This document shows, piece by piece, positions 19,486 through 28,965 of a stretch of 64,000 nt of DNA. This stretch comes from Patescibacteria group bacterium (lineage in GTDB: Bacteria; Patescibacteriota; Minisyncoccia; Phycocordibacterales; PALSA-1337): positions 7,894 through 71,893 of the forward strand of contig JBBTRA010000001.1 of the NCBI GenBank assembly GCA_038065415.1. The letters are read 5' to 3'. A model generated the notes under the pieces. That model was not told the DNA's origin. It ran no database searches and was given only the letters and a program-made list of their open reading frames with translations. Both the position numbers and the translations under genes were made by a program. Positions within the stretch are counted from its first letter, which is position 1. Each line of letters starts with the position of its first letter.

Positions 19486-20742
19486 ATGTCATCACTGCTC
19501 AACACCCGTATCGGATTCTTCCTGGCAGTCCGCCAGATCAAGCGTTCCAGCAAGTGGACGACTGGCCTCATCGTGGCTGTGATGATCCTGACCTCACTCA
19601 ACCTCATTGTGGTGTCTGGCATCCTCGTCGGCCTCATCCAGGGCGCCATCGATGCTGTGCGCACTCACTACACCAGCGATGTCATCATATCGACCCTCAA
19701 CAACAAGACCTACATTGAAAATACTCCTGAGATCATGAACATCCTCCGAGGCCTACCCGGAATTGAAACCGTTGCACCTCGCTACCTCAAAGGCGCAACA
19801 CTCGAAGCGAACTACAAGACCCGTGTCAAAGATACCGACAAGCCGAACACTGCGGGCGGCAACATCGCTGGTATAGATCCTATAGCTGAAGACAAAGTTA
19901 CAGATCTTTCACGCTTCGTCGTAGAAGGTTCGTATCTTGAACCAGGTGACTATGATCAGATCCTCGTCGGTTCGTATCTCATCAAGAAGTATCAACCATT
20001 CGAATCCCCCGGCTTCACAGCCCTCAACGACGTCGAACCAGGCACCAAGATCCGCATCATGGTGGGTGATGTCGAGCGTGAGGTCACCGTCAAAGGTATT
20101 ATCAAGAGCAAAGTCGATGAAGTGAGCTTTCGATCCTTCATGGTCGATTCCCAATTCAGGAGCATGATCGGCCGTGGAGACTACAACGCCTCTGAGATAG
20201 CCATCAAACTGAAACCAGGCGCAGACCCTGAGACTGTGCGTGACGCCCTGCTCCGCAATGGTGTCGGGACTGTGGCAAAGGTGCAGACATATGCAGATGC
20301 TCAACCAAAGTTCATCAAAGACTTGGTAGCAACCTTCGCCCTCCTCGGTAACATGATCAGCTCCATCGGTCTCGTGGTTGCGTCCATCACTATCTTCATC
20401 GTTATCTTCATCAACGCTATCACTCGCAGGAAGTTCATCGGCATATTGAAAGGTATCGGCGTCAACGGCAAGGCAATCGAGATATCCTATGTGTTCCAGT
20501 CGATATTCTATGCAGTCATCGGGTCTGTTATTGGCGTCGCACTCGTCTACCTAGTCATCCAGCCTTTCTTTGCAGCACATCCTATCAACTTCCCCTTCAG
20601 CGATGGTATTCTCGTTGCCCCATTCGGTGGCACAATGGCGCGCACCGGCCTCTTGGTCTTCACGACGATTGTCGCCGGATACATTCCCGCTCGCATGATC
20701 GTCAGGAAGAACACACTGGATTCGATACTTGGTCGCAAATAG
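19486..20742 (+). CDS. ABC transporter permease, FtsX/MacB-like
   Basis: 418 aa. It has an N-terminal TM segment, a large periplasmic domain and three C-terminal TM segments (FtsX fold). Confidence 0.8.
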   Translation: MSSLLNTRIGFFLAVRQIKRSSKWTTGLIVAVMILTSLNLIVVSGILVGLIQGAIDAVRTHYTSDVIISTLNNKTYIENTPEIMNILRGLPGIETVAPRYLKGATLEANYKTRVKDTDKPNTAGGNIAGIDPIAEDKVTDLSRFVVEGSYLEPGDYDQILVGSYLIKKYQPFESPGFTALNDVEPGTKIRIMVGDVEREVTVKGIIKSKVDEVSFRSFMVDSQFRSMIGRGDYNASEIAIKLKPGADPETVRDALLRNGVGTVAKVQTYADAQPKFIKDLVATFALLGNMISSIGLVVASITIFIVIFINAITRRKFIGILKGIGVNGKAIEISYVFQSIFYAVIGSVIGVALVYLVIQPFFAAHPINFPFSDGILVAPFGGTMARTGLLVFTTIVAGYIPARMIVRKNTLDSILGRK

Positions 20743-20764
20743 AGCACACATTCATTTCACTCCC

Positions 20765-21442
20765 ATGATTCAAACAAAAAATCTTAAAAAATCATTCCAG
20801 AACGGTGCAACGACGACCGAAATCCTCAAAGGTATCGACTTCAATGCCGAGCGTGGCGAGTTCATCGCTATCATGGGTCGCTCTGGTGCAGGTAAAAGCA
20901 CATTCATGTACCAGATCAGTCTCCTCGACGAACCGACTTCGGGTGAGATTACCATTAATGGTGGGCACATCGCAGCCAATATGAGCAACGACGAGAAGAC
21001 CGCCTTCCGCCTCATGCGTCTCGGCTATGTCTTCCAAGACTACGCCCTCATCCCGGAGCTCACCGCTCTCGAGAACGTCGCCCTACCCCTCCTCATGCAA
21101 GATATGACCAAGAAACAGGCCTATAAGAAGGCTGAGGAAGCTCTCAAGCGCGTCGGGCTCGCCACTCACATGGACCAGCTCCCCAGTCAGCTTTCTGGAG
21201 GCGAGCAACAGCGTGTCAGTATCTCGCGTGCTATCGCCCACAAGCCAGATATCCTCTTTGCCGACGAGCCTACCGCCAACCTCGATAACGAGTCCTCCAA
21301 AGTGATCATGGGCATATTCAAAGAGCTCCACAAGGCTGGTCAGACCATCATCATGGTCACCCACGAACCTGAATACGGCAAGATGGCCGAGAAGATCGTG
21401 CATCTCGATGATGGGAGGATTGTGAGTATTACGAAGAATTAG
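20765..21442 (+). CDS. ABC transporter ATP-binding protein, MacB/LolD-like
   Basis: Walker A (GRSGAGKST), signature ([14 protein letters not shown]) and Walker B (ILFADEP). The start is MIQTKNLKK. Confidence 0.9.
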   Translation: MIQTKNLKKSFQNGATTTEILKGIDFNAERGEFIAIMGRSGAGKSTFMYQISLLDEPTSGEITINGGHIAANMSNDEKTAFRLMRLGYVFQDYALIPELTALENVALPLLMQDMTKKQAYKKAEEALKRVGLATHMDQLPSQLSGGEQQRVSISRAIAHKPDILFADEPTANLDNESSKVIMGIFKELHKAGQTIIMVTHEPEYGKMAEKIVHLDDGRIVSITKN

Positions 21443-21447
21443 ATACT

Positions 21448-21480
21448 AAAAAGCGCGCATCGACCATAGTCGATGCGCGC
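21448..21480. terminator. Bidirectional terminator between convergent operons
   Basis: 12-bp perfect stem: GCGCGCATCGAC-CATA-GTCGATGCGCGC. The minus strand continues with TTTTT. Confidence 0.7.
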
Positions 21481-21509
21481 AAGGGTGATTATTCTGAATA
21501 TGAACTGCT

Positions 21510-22511
21510 TCAGACGGAAACTGTGCGTTTTTTGTGCATGTTTCCGTTGCCCAATCCTGTCTTGTCCTCATGTTCTGTCAGAGTTGAGAACGAGTTTGGA
21601 TGCGTCAGATCGAAATCCCTGACATGCCGCCGATGATCAGGCTTCCAGCCGGCACCTTCATTGATGTCCCGAACCATGGCAGCAAATGCCGGCTCACCTT
21701 TTGCCTTCATAGGGAGTACTTCCCGCGAGAGCGGAATGTCTCGAACAATCTTGGATCCGCGTTGAATCGGTTTTCCAAAGTTGTCTACATCTCCCCGGTC
21801 ATCGGTGTAATACTGAGACAGAAGAACAATCCGTGAACCCAGAATCACCGCTTCTGCGATGTCATGAGTTACGAACACTACCGTCATCTTCTGTTTTTCC
21901 CAGAGCTCGAGCATGAAGAGCTGTACGCGTTCACGCGTAGATGCATCGAGCGCTCCGAATGGTTCGTCCATGAAGACGATGCCCGGCGAAGTGATGAGTG
22001 TCTGAGCGATAGCAACCCGTTGTTGCTGGCCCCCAGAGAGCTGGTACGGCATCTTGTCGGCGTGCTGAGCGAGATCCACCATCCGCAAATACTCCATGGC
22101 TTCTGCCTTGAGCTGTTTGTGGTGGGTAAACCGGTGGAACATCGAGTGTTTGAACTCGAGTCCGATCATCACGTTCTGCAAAACACTCAGGTGAGGGTAT
22201 AGCGGATATTTCTGAGGCACGAGACCTCGGGTCGTATCGGGAAGTTGGATGGGTGCGCCGTTGATAAGCGCTTTCCCTTCCCCCTCCTGATCCACTCCAA
22301 GCTCGTATCCGAGATCTGCACCGAGGCAGATACGGAACAGTGTCGATTTACCACACCCCGATGGGCCAAGAAGTACGACGAATTCTCCAGGGGAGACCTT
22401 CAGATCGACATTCTCCAACACCGTGGTGAGCAGACCTGTTTTCGGATTAGGGAATCTTCGGTAGAGATTCTCCAGTAGGATGTGATACTGCGGATGTTGC
22501 ATTGTCTTCAT
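21510..22511 (-). CDS. ABC transporter ATP-binding protein (NitT/TauT, SsuB-like) with a C-terminal extension of about 70 aa
   Basis: Walker A (GPSGCGKST), signature (LSGGQQQRVAIAQ) and Walker B (VFMDEPFGALD). At 333 aa it is longer than the typical 250-270 aa. Confidence 0.85.
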   Translation of the reverse strand: MKTMQHPQYHILLENLYRRFPNPKTGLLTTVLENVDLKVSPGEFVVLLGPSGCGKSTLFRICLGADLGYELGVDQEGEGKALINGAPIQLPDTTRGLVPQKYPLYPHLSVLQNVMIGLEFKHSMFHRFTHHKQLKAEAMEYLRMVDLAQHADKMPYQLSGGQQQRVAIAQTLITSPGIVFMDEPFGALDASTRERVQLFMLELWEKQKMTVVFVTHDIAEAVILGSRIVLLSQYYTDDRGDVDNFGKPIQRGSKIVRDIPLSREVLPMKAKGEPAFAAMVRDINEGAGWKPDHRRHVRDFDLTHPNSFSTLTEHEDKTGLGNGNMHKKRTVSV

Positions 22512-23360
22512 TCAGCTTTTCTCCTGTTTTCCGTGCCATGAGAAGCCGCGTGCGAGGATCTGACCAAGAACAAAGTTCATGGCATATCCCAATACAACGA
22601 CCCAGAGCGCGTACGGTATGATGACGTCCATCGCCAAGTAGCGACGAACAAGGAATATCCGATAGCCGATTCCGGAAGAAGCCGCAAGGGCCTCCGCAAG
22701 AATCAGTGAATACCAGGCGATGCCCAAGCTGGTCCGCAGAATCTCGATGAGATGCGGTAGAGCCTGCGGCAACACAATCCGATACACGATCTCCAGCTGG
22801 CTGGCGCCAAGTGTAAAGGACCGGATGATTTGTGACCCAGCAATCTTCGAGACTGATGTGTACATCGCTAATGTCATGGCCGGAGCCATGGATATGACGA
22901 TGAGCACAATCTTCGAAACCTCCTCGACACCGAACACAATAAAGAGTACGGGGAGAAGGACGGGCGGAGGGATCATGTTCCAGAAGCGGAGGAAGTTCAG
23001 TAGCAATGCATTCATACCCTCGAAGAGAGCGACATTCATGCCGATCATCAATGCGATAGTACAGGCGATCGTTGCGCCAATGAACAATCTTCGCAGACTG
23101 ACGAACGTATCATTCCAAAAAATGACCTTACCGGTTTTAACATCGGCTTCAAAGGCCACCTTCTTGAATGACGTGAACATTTTCGTTGGCGTGGGCATGA
23201 GCTTCTCATCAGGATTCTCGCGATTACGAGCCGAGGAGAAGAACAGATATGCTGCAACAAGAATGATGAAGAGTACCAGGCTGAGCATGAGACTCAGTGC
23301 GTACGATGGTTTTGCGTGCATCCCCCAGAAGCGAGGGACTCTTATTTTTTGAGCGTTCAT
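22512..23360 (-). CDS. ABC transporter permease (NitT/TauT, SsuC-like)
   Basis: 282 aa with six TM helices. Its stop abuts the ATPase gene. Confidence 0.8.
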   Translation of the reverse strand: MNAQKIRVPRFWGMHAKPSYALSLMLSLVLFIILVAAYLFFSSARNRENPDEKLMPTPTKMFTSFKKVAFEADVKTGKVIFWNDTFVSLRRLFIGATIACTIALMIGMNVALFEGMNALLLNFLRFWNMIPPPVLLPVLFIVFGVEEVSKIVLIVISMAPAMTLAMYTSVSKIAGSQIIRSFTLGASQLEIVYRIVLPQALPHLIEILRTSLGIAWYSLILAEALAASSGIGYRIFLVRRYLAMDVIIPYALWVVVLGYAMNFVLGQILARGFSWHGKQEKS

Positions 23361-23481
23361 ATGTCATTTTCAAGCTGTCTCCCGCGTGATTGCGGGTTTG
23401 TGTTCTGATGTGTATATTACACATATTTATGGAATTGTCAAGTGTTTGCAGTGCATTCACCAACTACGCCCCGCAAGGTAT

Positions 23482-23511
23482 AAAAAAGCCCCGATACTTG
23501 CGTATCGGGGC
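23482..23511 (-). terminator. Intrinsic terminator after the SsuA-like gene
   Basis: Minus strand: GCCCCGATA...TATCGGGGC hairpin followed by TTTTTT. Confidence 0.65.
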
Positions 23512-23531
23512 TGGAATCAGAAGGGCGGAGC

Positions 23532-24611
23532 TTAGAGCTTCCCTGCCGCAGCTTCTTCCATGTACTTGGTGTTATACCGGAGCTTGATGTTGCGATTGCT
23601 ACCGAGGACTGATTTGTCTGGGAATTCGATCCCGACGTAGTCCTTGGAACTGGCGCCACTGAAGAGTCCTCGATCGAAACAGAATACCCGGACATGGTCC
23701 AAGATCTGCTTCATCTTCGCATCCTTCGTGAACTCGACCGCTTTCGCCGGTTCGTTGAACATGAAGGTGGTCTTCAACTGAGCTTCGAACTCCGCGCGCG
23801 TGCAGCCCTGGCTCTTGGCCATGACTTCGAGTGCGTTGTCCGTTTCCTTGCCAGAACCATACATGATCTTCATGACCTCGTACCAGGTCGCCGCCAGCGC
23901 TTTCTTCACGCCTTCGGGAGCATCGGTACGAACCACCAGCAAATCCTGGATTTCTCCGGGGATCTGACTGGAGTTGAAGACTTCTTTGGCATTCTTCACT
24001 TGCTTGACCGTCATGAGAGGAGGATTCCACGTGACACACGTCGCATTATCCGGACCGGCCGTGAAGATGGTCGCGACATCCGAGTCCGACACATTCTTGG
24101 TGGTCACGGATGTAATGGGCATTGCCGGCTTCTGCAGATCGAACGCGCGGTACAGCAAGTAATGCGACACCGAGTTCTCCATAAGAGCGATCTCGCGCCC
24201 CTTGAGGTCTGCCACCGTCTTTGCATTCTTCGCCACGATTCCATCATTGCCGTTGGAGTAATCCCCAACGATGAGGACGGTCGTGTCGATACCGCCAACG
24301 CATGGACCAGTGAGGGCGTCCATCTGAGTGATCGTTGTCGCCACCACGCTCTTGTCAGAGGTGAAGCGGTTGATCGTCGATGGATAGTCCTGCAGCGGCT
24401 CATACTTGATCTTGACCCCGTACTTCTTGGCGTTCTTGGCCAAAATGCCCGAGGAGTCGGCGTAGAACCAGGGCGCCCAGCCCGCGTAAAGCGAGTTGAC
24501 GAGGATGTATTCTTTCCCATCCTGCGCATGCACCCGGTCAGCCGAGAGTCCGATCACCATCAAGGCGATCGCGGCCAACAGTGTTACTGACAATTTCTTG
24601 ATCGTTTTCAT
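23532..24611 (-). CDS. ABC transporter substrate-binding protein (NMT1/SsuA-like)
   Basis: It has a signal peptide (MKTIKKLSVTLLAAIALMVIGLSA). The 359-aa periplasmic SBP lies upstream of the permease and ATPase on the same strand. Confidence 0.75.
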   Translation of the reverse strand: MKTIKKLSVTLLAAIALMVIGLSADRVHAQDGKEYILVNSLYAGWAPWFYADSSGILAKNAKKYGVKIKYEPLQDYPSTINRFTSDKSVVATTITQMDALTGPCVGGIDTTVLIVGDYSNGNDGIVAKNAKTVADLKGREIALMENSVSHYLLYRAFDLQKPAMPITSVTTKNVSDSDVATIFTAGPDNATCVTWNPPLMTVKQVKNAKEVFNSSQIPGEIQDLLVVRTDAPEGVKKALAATWYEVMKIMYGSGKETDNALEVMAKSQGCTRAEFEAQLKTTFMFNEPAKAVEFTKDAKMKQILDHVRVFCFDRGLFSGASSKDYVGIEFPDKSVLGSNRNIKLRYNTKYMEEAAAGKL

Positions 24612-24737
24612 TCGTGTTCTTTCGTTTCTGTAGTGTATTGTTGTGTATTTCTTGTTGTCTGCACTGCAAACTGCGAAGAGGGTCCCCGGAAAAGTCTCAC
24701 TCTCCCGGGGACGGTACTACTGAAGCGGACTCAACGA

Positions 24738-26024
24738 TCAGGCGTTCTTTGCGCCCGTGAGTTCTGCTTCTTGATCGAGTTCGAGGGTGATAGCGGCCTT
24801 GCGACCACGTTCCATGTCCCGAATCGCTTTCTCGCCCTGCTTGGTAAGGTTATCGCGTTCGCGAATCGCCGTACCCATCTGGTCGAGAGCCTTGATGCGG
24901 AATGTTTCAACGTCGTTGAGAGCCTGGATGGCGTCTTTCATCGCCTGGGCCAAGCCTTGATCCGACAGCTGCGCCGAAGCAGACAGCTTATGAATCTCGA
25001 CTCCCTGCGTCTTGAGCAGGTTCGCGTTGAATGCGATCATCCGATCGCCCACCTGGTTGACCGCCTGAACCTTGTTCAGCACGATCTTCTGTTTGGCCAA
25101 GGCCTGAGCGGCAGTGACGCCGATCAGCAGTGCCGGATAGGTGACGTTCTTGCACCGATTGACTCCACGCACCAGCTCCTTGTTGTTCTCAACAAGCACC
25201 TCGAACATGATGATGCCCTGTTGATTGACGATGAGCTGCTGCTGAAGGTCGGTAATCCGCTGGCGCAGGCGATAGATGAGCTTCGTGTTGATGTATTTGG
25301 CCTCATCGCTTTCCGGTGCCAACGCCGCCACATGCTCTGAGAGCTGCGCGTCGATCAGTTGGCACGTGATGATGAGCTTTTGCAGCTCCTTAGTAGCCGT
25401 ACGCATCTCCACTTGCTCGGATCGCAATGTGTCGATGTCACGAAGCAGCTCTTGCTTGCTCGTTTCGATCGAGTCGAACAACGATTCGATCACCTTGCCC
25501 GAAGATTCGAACTTGGTGAAGTACTTGTTGATCGGCCTGCCGACAAGAGGGAGACCCCCAAATAATCGGCCAAACCAGCCCGCTTCGAAGTTGTAGCGTG
25601 CAGGATCAATCTCATCGAACTGGACTTTGAGGTCCGTCAGTTGATCTGCGATGCCACTGCCTTCGCCACCACCGATTTGCCCCAACCGTTTGAGCGGCTG
25701 TGAGAGCAACCGGTTCGCAGTCGATGCTTTGCGGACCACATTGGTTCCAACACTCTCAACCGAGAGAGCTGCATCTTCTTCGGCTTGTGCATCCCCCACC
25801 TTGATGGCGAGGAGCTTGCCGACGAATTCGGTCGCCTGGCGTTGAAGTTCCGGATTAACGGCTTTTCCCTGCTCCGCTTGCCTCATCGCGTCCGGACCGA
25901 TCAGCCCGAGGTCGGTACTGAGCGCATCCTTCGTAACGAGTCGCGGAGGCCCTCCTGCCAATGCTGTTTTCTGTTGCGCCAGCAGGTCGGTGTTCTGGGT
26001 CGGTTGTATCTGTGTCTGTACCAT
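24738..26024 (-). CDS. TelA-like (toxic anion resistance family) coiled-coil protein
   Basis: 428 aa and almost entirely alpha-helical/coiled-coil. The length and composition fit the TelA/YaaN/KlaA family. Its neighbour resembles XpaC, the partner of the TelA-like YaaN in B. subtilis. Confidence 0.5.
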   Translation of the reverse strand: MVQTQIQPTQNTDLLAQQKTALAGGPPRLVTKDALSTDLGLIGPDAMRQAEQGKAVNPELQRQATEFVGKLLAIKVGDAQAEEDAALSVESVGTNVVRKASTANRLLSQPLKRLGQIGGGEGSGIADQLTDLKVQFDEIDPARYNFEAGWFGRLFGGLPLVGRPINKYFTKFESSGKVIESLFDSIETSKQELLRDIDTLRSEQVEMRTATKELQKLIITCQLIDAQLSEHVAALAPESDEAKYINTKLIYRLRQRITDLQQQLIVNQQGIIMFEVLVENNKELVRGVNRCKNVTYPALLIGVTAAQALAKQKIVLNKVQAVNQVGDRMIAFNANLLKTQGVEIHKLSASAQLSDQGLAQAMKDAIQALNDVETFRIKALDQMGTAIRERDNLTKQGEKAIRDMERGRKAAITLELDQEAELTGAKNA

Positions 26025-26066
26025 AGCTTACGTTTCCTTCCTTTGTTCTATTGTTTGTTGTTTGTT

Positions 26067-26945
26067 TTACGTTGTTTGAGCACCTGGTTGATCCAGCGTT
26101 ATCGCCGGTTCCCTTTTCTTGTTGGCTCGCGCGATCATCTGATTGAGCAGTTCAAGCGATTCATCCATGGACTCTTTGGGAGTGAGCGATGACGAGCGGT
26201 CTTTTATCCGCAACGCTGCCGCACCTGCCTGGTCCATGGCCGCAAGAGCCTCTTCGTTTGCCGCCAGGAGGTCTTCAACTTCCTGGGTGGACTGATCGTG
26301 TACGAGAGCCTGTTTCTTGAGAGCTGACAGGTTCCTCTCTTCCGATGCCTTGAGCTTGCGCAGTAACTGCGCCTTCTCATAAGTCTCGATTCGCGTACCA
26401 ACTTCTTCCCGATCGATGTCGTCAGTGTTCATGAGAAGCACAACGATCCGTTCGAGATTCTCGAGGCCGGCGCGGTACCCTTGTTCAGCAGTACCGACGA
26501 AACGGCTATAGGTAAGCTCGTTCTCTGAGAGAACGCGGCGAAACACTTCGACGAGATTTTCAAATTTCTCGGCGAGCTGCCTCACTTGGAGCTGCCCTTG
26601 CTTGCATTTGAGCTTTTTGAGATCACTTGCAAGCTGAGCCGATTTCTCTTCTTTGATGCGTTCGAATTCCTCGTGAAGCTGCGCGAAATGCTTGCGCATA
26701 TACGCATCACCTCCCCGGAAGAACCTCACGCTCCAATTGAGGCCGGCGATAGCAACGCCGGCGATAGCAGCTACTGCAGCTCCGGAGCCTGACGCAAAAA
26801 GCGCCAAGCCCGTAGCGGCAACGCCGCCAACAGCAAGCGGGATGAGGGTTAGTGGATGCTGGATGGTTTCAGACAATGCGGCCCGTCGGGCGGCCGCTTC
26901 GCTGAAATCCAGCTTATTAGGGCCGTCCTGTGGGGACGTATTCAT
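26067..26945 (-). CDS. XpaC-like membrane protein
   Basis: 292 aa. The N-terminal region has Gly/Ala-rich TM helices (LTLIPLAVGGVAATGLALFASGSGAAVAAIAGVAIAGLNW), followed by a cytoplasmic coiled-coil. It sits between the AAA+ and TelA-like genes. Confidence 0.4.
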   Translation of the reverse strand: MNTSPQDGPNKLDFSEAAARRAALSETIQHPLTLIPLAVGGVAATGLALFASGSGAAVAAIAGVAIAGLNWSVRFFRGGDAYMRKHFAQLHEEFERIKEEKSAQLASDLKKLKCKQGQLQVRQLAEKFENLVEVFRRVLSENELTYSRFVGTAEQGYRAGLENLERIVVLLMNTDDIDREEVGTRIETYEKAQLLRKLKASEERNLSALKKQALVHDQSTQEVEDLLAANEEALAAMDQAGAAALRIKDRSSSLTPKESMDESLELLNQMIARANKKREPAITLDQPGAQTT

Positions 26946-27093
26946 AGTTTCCTTTCTTTTTGACAGTTAATATGTGTATTTCAAGGTCCGATAAGACTGT
27001 CAACTATCCTACACAAATATAAGGATTTGTCAAGTATACTGTGATATTAAAAAACCGCATCTCCCTTCTGGGAAATGCGGTTGTGAACTACTC

Positions 27094-28770
27094 TTACCGT
27101 ATCTGAATGAGCTTGGTGACACCACGGATACGATCTCCGAAACTCTGAGTGAAATCACCGAGAGCTTCACGATGGTCCGAAGCGAAGCTTTGCTGGTACA
27201 TACTGTCCACGGCAGCGATAATGTCTACTGTTCCAATACCGCTGACCTGCCCGTCAGGTAAGCTAGAGGTACGATCGCGTAGTATAGCCAAACGCTTCAC
27301 TTCTTTCACGATCGCCGGCACCATTGCGCCACTTACAATATCAGAAAGACGGAAGTACACTGTCTCCATTTCCTTACCCGTGTCGGCTACCCGATCGATC
27401 TGGAAGATGTTCCTTTTTTCAGAAAACACCTCATTCACGAGCAAGTCAGCGAGCATGTCCAGGTTCGAATCTTTGGCAATAGGGATACCCTTCATGTTCT
27501 TCACGAAGATCTCGCGAACAGCCGGACGATCCGGACGTTTGATTTCGACCTGTGCATCGATGCGACCAGGACGTATCACCGCTGAATCAAGGATGCCCGG
27601 CTTATTCGTCGCCAAAATGACAATCGCACCTGATTCTCGGACCCCATCCATCTGCGAGAGGAATGCAGGAACGATCGAGCGCAGCACATCACTGCTGATG
27701 CCTGAATCTCGCTTGGCCAGAATCGCTTCTGCCTCATCAATCATAATGACCGGTCGGATGCCCCACTTCCTGTAGAACTTCCGCGCGCGGGCAAAAATGT
27801 GACGAATCGTCCCTTCTGCGGCACCGACATACTTGTCGAGAATCTCCGGACCGGAGATCAAGATGAATCCTTGCGAGATTGGAGCACCTTTTGCCTTACA
27901 CAAAGCAGCCATCGAACTGTAGACCGCTTTGCCAAGCATCGTCTTGCTACAACCTGGCGGACCCCAAAGGAGAAATCCATTGGGAGCCTTCATGCGATAC
28001 GCGGCGTGCGTCTTGGGGTACATTTCATGCATCTCAAGTGCTTCCCTGAAGCGGCTCTTGGCATCCTCTTGTCCGCACACATCATCCCAGGTCACCAAAG
28101 TGTCTTCGGCAACCGCGAATGAATCATCATCCAATCCATAGTTCTCGAGAATCACCGTGCCGCTCGCATCGAGCACTACCCGGCCATTGGCCTCGAGCTT
28201 ACCTCCAAATTTCCCCGAGAACACCGTACGACGGTGACCTTGGAAATCAACTTCAACAAATCCTGCGTCGATGATGCGGTAGATAAAAGCGATATTACCT
28301 GAAGGTACCGCTTTCTCGACCGCAACGACTTTGGCAGACTTGGGATCAATCTTGACCACATCTCCTGCCTCTAGTTTGAAGCCGGTGACTTGGATCTCGA
28401 CCGTCTGACCACCATAAACGATGATAGCGTAGGTACGCTTCTCAGCTTCGGCAAATTCGAGATCGCACACACCTCCTTCTATCTCAGGATCTCCGATTCG
28501 ATACCGATTGGTGAAGCGCTCTTCCGGAGTTGCTGCGGGGAACCGTACATAGGCCCAGCCCGGTTCTTCCGGTTTGAGCAGAACGATTTCTCCGATACCA
28601 TTAGTTCTCGAGTCCAGTCCGAAGAACTTGCTTCCTGTAGCAATCCGAACGAGGGTCGATTTTTTGAAACTCTCTGGCCCCTGAATAGGTGACCGCTCGA
28701 TGAGCCGATGAACCGTGGCGTGTACCAACGGATATGAGGCGCTTGCCTCTTCCTGCGTGAGTTGGATCAT
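27094..28770 (-). CDS. ARC/Mpa-family (proteasome-associated-ATPase-like) AAA+ ATPase
   Basis: The N-terminal ~270 aa form two OB-fold-like segments. Then come Walker A (LWGPPGCSKTMLGKAV), a long post-Walker-A insertion (GPEILDKYVG...IRHIFARAR) and Walker B (VIMIDEAEAI). The block SGISSDVLRSIVPAFLSQMDGV...RPGRIDAQVEIKRPD follows. This tracks ARC/Mpa segment by segment, but there is no N-terminal coiled-coil and no C-terminal GQYL. Confidence 0.75.
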   Translation of the reverse strand: MIQLTQEEASASYPLVHATVHRLIERSPIQGPESFKKSTLVRIATGSKFFGLDSRTNGIGEIVLLKPEEPGWAYVRFPAATPEERFTNRYRIGDPEIEGGVCDLEFAEAEKRTYAIIVYGGQTVEIQVTGFKLEAGDVVKIDPKSAKVVAVEKAVPSGNIAFIYRIIDAGFVEVDFQGHRRTVFSGKFGGKLEANGRVVLDASGTVILENYGLDDDSFAVAEDTLVTWDDVCGQEDAKSRFREALEMHEMYPKTHAAYRMKAPNGFLLWGPPGCSKTMLGKAVYSSMAALCKAKGAPISQGFILISGPEILDKYVGAAEGTIRHIFARARKFYRKWGIRPVIMIDEAEAILAKRDSGISSDVLRSIVPAFLSQMDGVRESGAIVILATNKPGILDSAVIRPGRIDAQVEIKRPDRPAVREIFVKNMKGIPIAKDSNLDMLADLLVNEVFSEKRNIFQIDRVADTGKEMETVYFRLSDIVSGAMVPAIVKEVKRLAILRDRTSSLPDGQVSGIGTVDIIAAVDSMYQQSFASDHREALGDFTQSFGDRIRGVTKLIQIR

Positions 28771-28910
28771 ACTATGTTGTACCTTTCTTTGCTGTGTGGT
28801 TTGTATGTTGTAAAAGACCGCTCTACGGTCCTAAAATCTATTTTGTTTCTAGCATATTTTATAATATTTGTCAATTTATCTCATCTTTGTGTTGGGTGTG
28901 TATTAGACCA

Positions 28911-28940
28911 AAAATAAAAAACCGCCTGAATTCAGGCGGG
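28911..28940 (-). terminator. Intrinsic terminator after the pilin gene
   Basis: Minus strand: CCGCCTGAATTCAGGCGG hairpin followed by TTTTTTATTTTT. Confidence 0.7.
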
Positions 28941-28965
28941 TGGAGTGGTAAAAAAGTTCAATTGA

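Noticed and set aside
23694-24590. 298-aa plus-strand ORF
   Set aside because: It is antisense to the SsuA-like substrate-binding gene. It is Arg/His-rich and low-complexity. This is a typical shadow ORF.
27149-27775. 208-aa plus-strand ORF
   Set aside because: It is antisense within the ARC-like AAA+ ATPase gene.
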